Part shown: piece by piece, positions 1 to 8,195 of the stretch
Layout of the letters: each line of letters begins with the position of its first letter
Numbering within the stretch: position 1 is the first letter of the stretch
DNA from: a virus
Taxonomy: Duplodnaviria; Caudoviricetes
Virus record (IMG/VR): IMGVR_UViG_3300035682_000045
Location: 1 to 56,321 of that record
Length of the DNA stretch: 56,321 bases
Reading direction: 5' to 3' (one strand)
Notes under the pieces: generated by a model
Databases searched by the model: none
What the model saw: the letters and a program-made list of their open reading frames with translations, nothing else
Told to the model about the DNA's origin: nothing
Translations under genes and position numbers: made by a program

Positions 1-2
1 TT

Positions 3-2240
3 GGTCTTATTGGTGGTACAGCAACATCTGCTAACACACCAGACACAGTAGTAAAGCGTGATGGCTCAGGAAACTTTGCTGCAGGAACAATTACAGCAAC
101 TATCACAGGTACAGTTTCAAGCCTTTCAAACCACGACACAGATGACCTTGCTGAAGGAGCAAACCGTCTGTATTTCACAAACCAAAGAGCACTTGATGCA
201 ACATCTGCAGCATATGACGCAGCTGGTTCTGCTTCAACAGCACAGACAAACGCACAAAACTTTGCTACAGATGCAATTAATGATCTTACAACATCTCATA
301 TTGAAGAAGGAACAAATCTTTACTTCACAAACCAACGAGCAATTGATGCTGTTGGTGGAACAATTGGCGATGCAATTGATCTTCTTGACACAGACGACAT
401 TGAAGAGGGTGCAACTAATCTGTACTACACAGATGAGCGTGCTCGTCTTGCAGTAGACAATGGAGATGGATTAAACTACAACTCTACAACTGGTGTATTC
501 TCAGCACACTTAGGAAATGGTCTTGAATTTTCTCTTGGTGGAGCAATTCAGATTGATGATTCAGTTGTTGTAACAGAAACAGATCTTACAACCGCTCTAA
601 ATAATCACGATGTTGCTTCTGGAGTTCACGGAGTTACAGGTAACGTTGTAGGTACAACAGATGCACAAACAATTTCTAATAAGACTCTTGGCGGAGATCT
701 TGCTGCAGGCGGATTCCAGATTACAAATCTTGGTACACCAAACAACAGCACAGATGCTGCAACCAAGGGATATGTTGATGCAGTTTCTGAAGGACTTCAT
801 GTTCATCCAGCAGCACGAGCAGCAATTCTTACAAATGTTGCAATTGCTACTGCTCTTGAAAATGGAGACACTGCTGGTGGAGTAACACTTGTCACAGGAG
901 ATCGTATTCTTCTTAATGGTCAGACCAATGGTGCAGAAAACGGTATCTACGTAGTTCAGGCTTCAGGTCAAGCACTTCGTGCAACAGACTTTGATACAGC
1001 AACAGAGGTAGACAGCGGAGACTTTATCTTCGTAAGTGCGGGTACTTATGCAAATACAGGTTGGGTACAAACACTCAAGCCAGCAACAATTGGAACAGAC
1101 CCAATATCATTTACTCAGTTCTCTGGAGCTGGTACATATACTGCTGGAAATGGTCTAACCCTTGACGGTACAGTATTTTCAATTAATGAAACAATAACAG
1201 CAACAAAATCATATGTTGATGAAGAACTAGATGCACACATTGACTTAACAGACAATGTTCACGGTGTAACTGGTACTGTAGTAGGAACTTCAGACAGCCA
1301 GACTCTTACAAATAAGACTCTTGGTGCTGGAACAGTTCTTAGTGCAGATATTGATGCTGTTAATTCATACACAATTAAAAACCTTGAAGAGCCAACAGCA
1401 AATCAAGATGCAGCAACTAAGTTCTATGTTGATGCAGCAGAATCTGCAGCAAACTCATACACAGATGGTGAAATAACTACTGCCCTTACAACTGCTCAAG
1501 GATATGCTAATACAGCAGAACAAAATGCTAAGGATTATGCAGATGCTCTTGATACAGATGACGTAGCAGAGGGTACAACAAATAAGTACTTCACAAATCA
1601 GAGAGCAATTGACGCTGTAGGTGGCACAATTGGAGATGCAATTAATGCACTGGATACAGATGATATTGAAGAAGGTTCAGCAAATCTTTATTATACATCT
1701 ACTCGTGCAAAGACTGCAGCAGCAGAACTTCTGACTGGTGCATCAAAGACAAATATTACAATTACAGGAACAGGTGCAGGACTTACTATTACCGCAGAAA
1801 ACGGTGTAGCAGATTCTACAACTACTGATCTTGCAGAAGGTACAAATCTTTACTTTACAAATGCTCGTGCAGTAACTGCTCTTGAAGCAGTTGTTCCAAA
1901 CTTCACAGCAGTTGAGATCAACTCAGTTGCTAAGCAAGTTGCAGCAACTCTATCAGCACCAACAGCAGGAATTCAGACAGCATTCTCATGGGCACATGCA
2001 GATTATCGCTCAGCAGAATTCCTGGTAAAGGTTGCTTATGGAGATCACTCAGAAATATCAAAGGTTCTTGTAACTCTTGATATCAACAATAATATCGCAA
2101 TTACTGAATACGGTATCGTTGGAACTAACGGATCAGCATCTTCAATATCAGCTAGCATTGATGGGGCAGATGTTGACTTGATAGTAGACACAGAAAACAA
2201 CAGCTCAACAGTTACAGTTGTTGGAACATTGTTAGCATAA
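3..2240 (+). CDS. Fibre-like virion structural protein, 5'-truncated by window edge (not in ORF track)
   Basis: Frame 3 reads GLIGGTATSANTPDTVVKRDGSGNFAAG... and ends at TAA 2238-2240. It has six (D/T)TxD(L/I/V)xEGxxNxY(F/Y)TxxRA-type repeats, a GDRILLNGQ...ENGIYVV...RATDFD tail-fibre domain, and a C-terminal DYRSAEFLVKV...ITEYG beta domain. Confidence 0.85.
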   Translation, partial: GLIGGTATSANTPDTVVKRDGSGNFAAGTITATITGTVSSLSNHDTDDLAEGANRLYFTNQRALDATSAAYDAAGSASTAQTNAQNFATDAINDLTTSHIEEGTNLYFTNQRAIDAVGGTIGDAIDLLDTDDIEEGATNLYYTDERARLAVDNGDGLNYNSTTGVFSAHLGNGLEFSLGGAIQIDDSVVVTETDLTTALNNHDVASGVHGVTGNVVGTTDAQTISNKTLGGDLAAGGFQITNLGTPNNSTDAATKGYVDAVSEGLHVHPAARAAILTNVAIATALENGDTAGGVTLVTGDRILLNGQTNGAENGIYVVQASGQALRATDFDTATEVDSGDFIFVSAGTYANTGWVQTLKPATIGTDPISFTQFSGAGTYTAGNGLTLDGTVFSINETITATKSYVDEELDAHIDLTDNVHGVTGTVVGTSDSQTLTNKTLGAGTVLSADIDAVNSYTIKNLEEPTANQDAATKFYVDAAESAANSYTDGEITTALTTAQGYANTAEQNAKDYADALDTDDVAEGTTNKYFTNQRAIDAVGGTIGDAINALDTDDIEEGSANLYYTSTRAKTAAAELLTGASKTNITITGTGAGLTITAENGVADSTTTDLAEGTNLYFTNARAVTALEAVVPNFTAVEINSVAKQVAATLSAPTAGIQTAFSWAHADYRSAEFLVKVAYGDHSEISKVLVTLDINNNIAITEYGIVGTNGSASSISASIDGADVDLIVDTENNSSTVTVVGTLLA

Positions 2241-2257
2241 CAAACGAGGAGTGAGAG

Positions 2258-2716
2258 ATGGCAACAGGCAACAAAGACTTTAAGGTAAAAAATGGCCTTG
2301 TCGTTAATAGCGACGGTACATTTGGAGGAACAGTTACTGTTGCCACTCCCACCCTTGGAAATCATGCAGCAACAAAGGCTTATGTAGATTCAGCAGCTGG
2401 AGCACCCAGCCTTCCAATATCAGATACACCACCTGTATCTCCAACAAATGGAGATCTATGGTTTGACAGTGTTACACAAAGAGTTCATGTTTATTATGAT
2501 AGCCAGTGGGTAGCAATTGCAACACTTGCTGATGCAGAGGTTCTGCAAGATCATATCCATGACACTTCAATTGATGGTAATGGATTAATTGTTAGTATGT
2601 TTATGTCTGGCGGATCATATGATGAGCCAGGCGTTTTAGTAAGTGCAGGAAATTATAATACAACATCCTGGGAAAACACCTGGGATGGAGGAACGGCAAT
2701 AGATAACTTTAACTAA
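2258..2716 (+). CDS. Small virion/fibre-associated protein
   Basis: SD GAGGAG upstream. Motifs KDFKVKNGL, HAATKAYVD and PPVSPTNGDLWFDS...YYDSQW are typical of phage fibre proteins. Confidence 0.7.
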   Translation: MATGNKDFKVKNGLVVNSDGTFGGTVTVATPTLGNHAATKAYVDSAAGAPSLPISDTPPVSPTNGDLWFDSVTQRVHVYYDSQWVAIATLADAEVLQDHIHDTSIDGNGLIVSMFMSGGSYDEPGVLVSAGNYNTTSWENTWDGGTAIDNFN

Positions 2717-2721
2717 TTATC

Positions 2722-2730
2722 TGTTATAAT
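2722..2730 (+). promoter_or_regulatory. Extended -10 promoter TGTTATAAT
   Basis: Intergenic; followed by SD AGGAG and the ATG at 2761. Confidence 0.65.
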
Positions 2731-2760
2731 ACTATTACATCACCCATAAGGAGAGTTTAA

Positions 2761-5700
2761 ATGGCAACAAGAATGCAACAGCGTAGAGGAACCGCAGCTC
2801 AGTGGATTTCTACTAACTCAGGCCAAGGACCAGTCCTTAACGCTGGTGAAATTGGTTTTGAAATAGATAACAACAGATTTAAGATTGGTGATGGTGTAAA
2901 TCACTGGGTAGACCTTCCATACTTTGCTAATAATGAGGCGATTACTGATTTAATTGATGGAGCCCCAGCCCTATTAGATACTCTTAATGAGCTTGCAGCT
3001 GCAGTTGGTGATGACCCAGCTTTCTTTACAACAGTTGCCACAAACCTATCTAACCACCAATCAGACACTACTAATATTCACGGTATTGCAGACACATCTC
3101 TTCTTGCAACAACAGCTAATGTTGCAACAGCAAAATCAGAAGCAATTTCTGCTGCCTCTTCAGACGCTACAACAAAGGCTAACGCAGCACAGTCTACAGC
3201 AATCTCAGCAGCAGCAGCAGATGCTACTTCAAAGGCTAACGCAGCTCAAGCAGCAGCAGAAGCAACAGCCTCTGCAGATGCAACATCTAAGGCAAATGCT
3301 GCACGAACTGCAGCAGAAGCAACAGCAGCATCAGCACTTTCAACTGCAATCTCAACAGAGGTTTCAAACCGCAACACAGCAATTTCAACTGCAGTAGATT
3401 CATTAGTAGATGGTGCGCCAGCACTTCTTAATACATTAAATGAATTAGCAGCAGCAATTAACGATGATGCTAATTACACCACAACTATTACAACAGCACT
3501 AGGAACAAAAGCTCCATTAGCTTCTCCAGATTTAACTGGTGTTCCAACTGCTCCAACAGCAGCAGCAAATACAAATACAACTCAGATTGCTACAACAGCG
3601 TTTGCAAAAGCAGAAGCAGATGCAGCTCAAGTAGCAGCAGAAGTAGATGCTACTTCAAAGGCTAACGCAGCTCAAGCAGCAGCAATCTCAGCAGCAGCAG
3701 CAGATGCTACTTCAAAGGCTACATCCGCTCAAGCAGCAGCAGAGGCAACCGCAGCAGCAGCTCTTTCAGCACATGACTCAGATACAACAAATGTTCATGG
3801 AATTGCAAATACATCGCTGCTTGAAACACAATCAGGGGCTCAAACTAAAGTAGACACACATAGTTCAGATACAACAGGTGTGCATGGTATTGCAGATACA
3901 TCATTGCTTGAAACACAAACAGGTGCTCAAACTAAGGCAGACTCTGCAGTTAGCTCTCATAGCTCAGATACAACAAATATTCACGGTATTGCAGACACGC
4001 AAGCTCTTGAAACACAAACAGGTGCTCAAGACAAAGTAGATTCTCACAATTCTGCTACAACAAATGTACACGGTATTGAAGACACAGCAGACTTGGCTAC
4101 ACAACAGTATGTTCTTGATCAAATTGCAAACTCAACAGGAGATTATCCAGACTTAGCTGGAGAAGGTCTTGATTGGAATGGAGTTACTTTAGCATTTGAT
4201 ATTGATTCAACAGTTGCAACTAAGACTTATGCAGACACAGCAGTTTCAACACACTCATCTGACACTACATCAGTTCATGGTATTACAGATACTGCAGAAT
4301 TAGCAACTAAGGCATTTGCAGCAGAACTTCTTACAAATGCAACTAAGACAAATGTTACTATTACAGGCGATAAGAATGGTTTGACCATTACAGCTGAAAA
4401 TGGAGTAGCAGACTCCACAACTTCTGATTTAGCAGAAGGAACAAACCTTTACTTTACAAATGAAAGAGCACAAGATGCAATTGGAAATTCTCTTGGAACT
4501 GGACTTACATATACAGATTCAACAGGAGCAATTTCTGTAACTACAAACACATACGATTCCTATGGATCAGCAAGTGCTGTAGCAGGAGATCTTTCTACAC
4601 ATACTTCAGATACAACAGATGTTCACGGTATTGCAAACACTGCAAACCTAGCTACAAAACAATATGCTGCAAGTCTTTTGCTTAATGCAACTAAAACCAA
4701 TATCACAATAACAGGAGACGTAGATGGTCTCACTATTAATGCTGAAAACGGAGTAGCTGATTCTGATACAGACTTCCTTACAGAGGGAACAAACAATCTT
4801 TACTTTACAACAGAGAGAGCACAAGATGCAGTAGGAAACTCTGTTGGAACTGGTCTTTCATATAACGATGCAACTGGAGCAGTTTCTGTAGATACAACAG
4901 CAATCCAGGCTCGTGTAGCAGATGTTTCTGATACAGAAATTGGATACTTAAATGGAGTTACTTCATCAATTCAAAACCAGATTGATACTAAAGCAGCACT
5001 AGTTTCTCCTACATTTACAGGTACCGTTTCAGGTATTACAAAGACAATGGTGGGATTAGGCAACGTAGATAATACTTCAGATGCAAACAAGCCAGTATCT
5101 ACTGCACAAGCTTCAGCAATTGCTACTGCTAAGTCAGAGGCTATTGCGGATGCAACATCTCAGGTTACATCTGTTATTGATGGTGCACCAGCTGCACTAA
5201 ATACACTTAATGAACTTGCAGCAGCTCTTGGAGATGATGCTAACTTTGCTTCAACAATTACATCAACACTTTCAACAAAAGCACCAATAGATGCCCCAAC
5301 GTTTACTGGAACTGTTTCTGGTATTACTAAGTCAATGGTTGGTCTTGGAAATGTAGACAACACATCAGATTCAAGCAAGCCAATATCTTCAGCAACCCAA
5401 ACAGCATTAGATGCTAAGCTTGCATCAGCAACAGCAGCAAGCACTTATGCACCAATTGATTCTCCTACTTTCACAGGAACAGTTGCAGGCGTAACAAAGG
5501 CACACGTAGGTCTTGGTAATGTTGATAATACATCTGATGCAAGCAAGCCAGTGTCCACAGCGACACAGACTGCACTTGATCTAAAGGCAAACACTTCCGA
5601 TGTTGCAGAACTTGCACAGGATGCAGTTAATACAGCAATTGTTGCTGGTACTGGACTAGACAAGGTATACAGCGACGTAGCAAATACAATTACACTTGAT

Positions 5701-8046
5701 ATTGATTCAACTGTTGCTACACTAACTGGTACACAGACCCTTACAAACAAGACTCTAACATCTCCAGCAATTACTACACCAACTGGAATTACAAAGTCAG
5801 ATGTTGGTTTGGCAAATGTTGATAATACAACAGATGCAGGTAAGCCAGTTTCAACTGCTACACAAACAGCACTTGATCTTAAGGCACCACTAGCAAACCC
5901 AACATTCACAGGAACAGTAACTCTACCAACTGGAACAGTTACTTCAGGAATGATCCTTGATGGAGCAATCGTAAACGCAGACATTAATGCGTCTGCAGCA
6001 ATTGCACAATCAAAGATTTCAGGACTTACTACAGACCTATCTTCTAAGCTAGCACTTGCTGGCGGTACAATGACAGGAGCACTTACACTATCAGGTTCAC
6101 CAACAGAATCTCTTCATGCAGCAACAAAGGCATATGTGGATTCTGCTGTAGAAGGACTTCATGTTCATCCATCTGTAAAGGCAGCTACAACAGCAAACAT
6201 AACACTTGCAACTGCTGTTGAAAATGGAGATACTATTGACGGAGTTACTCTTGCTACTGGAGATCGTATTTTGGTTAAGAACCAGACTACAACTTCACAA
6301 AATGGTATTTACGTTGTAGCAGCAACAGGTGCTCCAACTCGTGCTACAGATTTTGATACAGCAGCAGAAGTTGATTCTGGTGACTTCGTATTCGTAGATC
6401 AAGGTACCACTAATGCTAATACTGGATGGGTACAAATTAATACTCCTGCAACTATTGGAACAGATGCTATAGAGTTCGTTCAGTTCTCAGGCGCTGGAAC
6501 CTACCTAGCAGGTAGCGCACTTACATTAACTGGTAATACATTCTCTATTGCAGATGGAGCAATTACATCAGCCAAACTCGCAGATGGAACAATTGTAGAC
6601 GCAGATGTTAACGCATCAGCAGCAATTGCACAGTCTAAGATTTCAGGTTTAACATCTGATCTTGCTGCTAAGGCACCAATCAATGCCCCAACGTTTACTG
6701 GAACTGTTTCTGGTATTACTAAGTCAATGGTTGGTCTTGGTAACGTAGATAATACTACAGACGCAGGAAAGCCAGTCTCTACTGCTACACAAACTGCACT
6801 TGACCTAAAGGCTCCTTTGGCAAACCCTACTTTCACAGGAACTGTCTCTGGTGTAACAAAATCACATGTTGGACTTGGAAGCGTTGATAATACAGCAGAT
6901 GCTGATAAGCCAGTATCTTCTGCGACAACAACAGCCCTTGCACTAAAGGCAAACCTTGCTTCACCAACACTGACTGGAACTCCTTTATCTACAACAGCTA
7001 CTGCTGATACAAATACAACACAAATTGCTACTACAGCATATGTAGTTGGACAAGCATCATCAACAACTCCAGTAATGAATGGAACAGCTGCAACAGGAAC
7101 ATCGTTAAAATATGCCCGTGCAGACCACGTTCACGCAACTGATACTTCTAGAGCTCCACTTGCAAGCCCTACATTTACTGGCACTGTAACTCTTCCAACT
7201 GGAACAGTAACATCTGCAATGATTCTTGATGGAACAATTGTTAATGGAGATATCAGTGCAACTGCAGAAATTGCTCAGTCTAAGATTTCAGGACTTTCAA
7301 CAAGTCTTGGTCTTAAGGCAGATCTTGCTTCTCCAGCACTTACTGGTACCCCAACAGCACCTACAGCTACTGCTGGTACAAATACTACTCAGGTAGCAAC
7401 AACAGCATTCGTAGGAACAGCAGTTGCAGATCTTGTAGCCTCAGCTCCAGCAGCACTTAATACTCTGAACGAGTTGGCAACTGCTCTTGGAAATGATGCA
7501 AACTTCTCAACAACAGTAACAACATCTCTTGCATCTAAGGCTCCTCTAGCATCACCTACATTTACTGGTACAGCTACAATACCTACACTAACACTTACCA
7601 ACCCATTGTCTGCTGCTAACGGCGGTACTGGACTGTCAAGTCTTGGAACAGGCGTAGCAACATTCCTTGGAACACCATCATCTGCAAATCTTGCAGCAAT
7701 GATTACAGATGAAATTGGAACTGGAAACATTGTTCTATCAGAAATTGCAACAAGTTCACAGACAGCATCTTACACACTAGTTGCAGGCGATAGAGGAAAG
7801 CTAGTTGAAATGAATGTTGGTTCTGCTAATACTTTGACAGTACCTCTTGATTCAACAGTTAACTTCCCAGTTGGAACACAAATTGATATCCTACAGGTTG
7901 GATCAGGACAAACAACCGTAGCTGGAGCAGTTGGCGTAACAGTTAATGCTACTCCAGGCTTAAAGATTAGAGCACAATGGGGTGGCGCAACTCTTATTAA
8001 GCGTGCAGCCAACACTTGGGTATTAATTGGAGATCTAACAGCATAG
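2761..8046 (+). CDS. Long repeat-rich fibre protein with an Mtd-N-like N-terminal domain (1761 aa)
   Basis: N-terminus MATRMQQRRGTAAQW...GEIGFEIDNNRFKIGDG...WVDLPY. Many fibre repeats (VGLGNVDNTSD, APAALNTLNELAAA, APLASPTFTG). C-terminal YTLVAGDRGKLVEM...FPVGTQI...WVLIGDL knob. Confidence 0.85.
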   Translation: MATRMQQRRGTAAQWISTNSGQGPVLNAGEIGFEIDNNRFKIGDGVNHWVDLPYFANNEAITDLIDGAPALLDTLNELAAAVGDDPAFFTTVATNLSNHQSDTTNIHGIADTSLLATTANVATAKSEAISAASSDATTKANAAQSTAISAAAADATSKANAAQAAAEATASADATSKANAARTAAEATAASALSTAISTEVSNRNTAISTAVDSLVDGAPALLNTLNELAAAINDDANYTTTITTALGTKAPLASPDLTGVPTAPTAAANTNTTQIATTAFAKAEADAAQVAAEVDATSKANAAQAAAISAAAADATSKATSAQAAAEATAAAALSAHDSDTTNVHGIANTSLLETQSGAQTKVDTHSSDTTGVHGIADTSLLETQTGAQTKADSAVSSHSSDTTNIHGIADTQALETQTGAQDKVDSHNSATTNVHGIEDTADLATQQYVLDQIANSTGDYPDLAGEGLDWNGVTLAFDIDSTVATKTYADTAVSTHSSDTTSVHGITDTAELATKAFAAELLTNATKTNVTITGDKNGLTITAENGVADSTTSDLAEGTNLYFTNERAQDAIGNSLGTGLTYTDSTGAISVTTNTYDSYGSASAVAGDLSTHTSDTTDVHGIANTANLATKQYAASLLLNATKTNITITGDVDGLTINAENGVADSDTDFLTEGTNNLYFTTERAQDAVGNSVGTGLSYNDATGAVSVDTTAIQARVADVSDTEIGYLNGVTSSIQNQIDTKAALVSPTFTGTVSGITKTMVGLGNVDNTSDANKPVSTAQASAIATAKSEAIADATSQVTSVIDGAPAALNTLNELAAALGDDANFASTITSTLSTKAPIDAPTFTGTVSGITKSMVGLGNVDNTSDSSKPISSATQTALDAKLASATAASTYAPIDSPTFTGTVAGVTKAHVGLGNVDNTSDASKPVSTATQTALDLKANTSDVAELAQDAVNTAIVAGTGLDKVYSDVANTITLDIDSTVATLTGTQTLTNKTLTSPAITTPTGITKSDVGLANVDNTTDAGKPVSTATQTALDLKAPLANPTFTGTVTLPTGTVTSGMILDGAIVNADINASAAIAQSKISGLTTDLSSKLALAGGTMTGALTLSGSPTESLHAATKAYVDSAVEGLHVHPSVKAATTANITLATAVENGDTIDGVTLATGDRILVKNQTTTSQNGIYVVAATGAPTRATDFDTAAEVDSGDFVFVDQGTTNANTGWVQINTPATIGTDAIEFVQFSGAGTYLAGSALTLTGNTFSIADGAITSAKLADGTIVDADVNASAAIAQSKISGLTSDLAAKAPINAPTFTGTVSGITKSMVGLGNVDNTTDAGKPVSTATQTALDLKAPLANPTFTGTVSGVTKSHVGLGSVDNTADADKPVSSATTTALALKANLASPTLTGTPLSTTATADTNTTQIATTAYVVGQASSTTPVMNGTAATGTSLKYARADHVHATDTSRAPLASPTFTGTVTLPTGTVTSAMILDGTIVNGDISATAEIAQSKISGLSTSLGLKADLASPALTGTPTAPTATAGTNTTQVATTAFVGTAVADLVASAPAALNTLNELATALGNDANFSTTVTTSLASKAPLASPTFTGTATIPTLTLTNPLSAANGGTGLSSLGTGVATFLGTPSSANLAAMITDEIGTGNIVLSEIATSSQTASYTLVAGDRGKLVEMNVGSANTLTVPLDSTVNFPVGTQIDILQVGSGQTTVAGAVGVTVNATPGLKIRAQWGGATLIKRAANTWVLIGDLTA
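5291..6740 (+). repeat. 58-bp exact direct repeat (5291-5348 and 6683-6740) within the fibre gene
   Basis: atgccccaacgtttactggaactgtttctggtattactaagtcaatggttggtcttgg occurs twice. Confidence 0.85.
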
Positions 8047-8053
8047 TACTTAT

Positions 8054-8077
8054 AAAAAAATAGAGTACTAACTCTAT
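8054..8077 (-). terminator. Possible minus-strand terminator-like hairpin
   Basis: ATAGAGT-acta-ACTCTAT hairpin preceded by an A run, which is a U tract on the minus strand. Confidence 0.4.
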
Positions 8078-8088
8078 ACTAAAGATTT

Positions 8089-8119
8089 ACACGCTCTTTA
8101 TGAGCGTGTTTTTCTTTTT
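8089..8119 (+). terminator. Intrinsic terminator after the fibre gene
   Basis: ACACGCTC-tttat-GAGCGTGT followed by TTTTCTTTTT. Confidence 0.8.
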
Positions 8120-8125
8120 AAAGTG

Positions 8126-8134
8126 TGTTATACT
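8126..8134 (+). promoter_or_regulatory. Extended -10 promoter TGTTATACT for nrdJ
   Basis: Directly after the terminator; SD-like GAAAGG before ATG 8196. Confidence 0.6.
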
Positions 8135-8195
8135 TAGGTACTACTTCAGAAAACATGAAGTACTCCCGTTAATTTTACTTTGAAAGGTATATAAA

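Noticed and set aside
2761-2930. Mtd-N-like domain suggesting a diversity-generating retroelement
   Set aside because: No reverse transcriptase and no template/variable repeat pair with adenine-specific mismatches seen in this window; the domain is common in ordinary fibres.
8135-8195. Cobalamin riboswitch or NrdR box upstream of nrdJ
   Set aside because: The leader is only ~55 nt, too short, and lacks recognisable B12-box or NrdR-box consensus.
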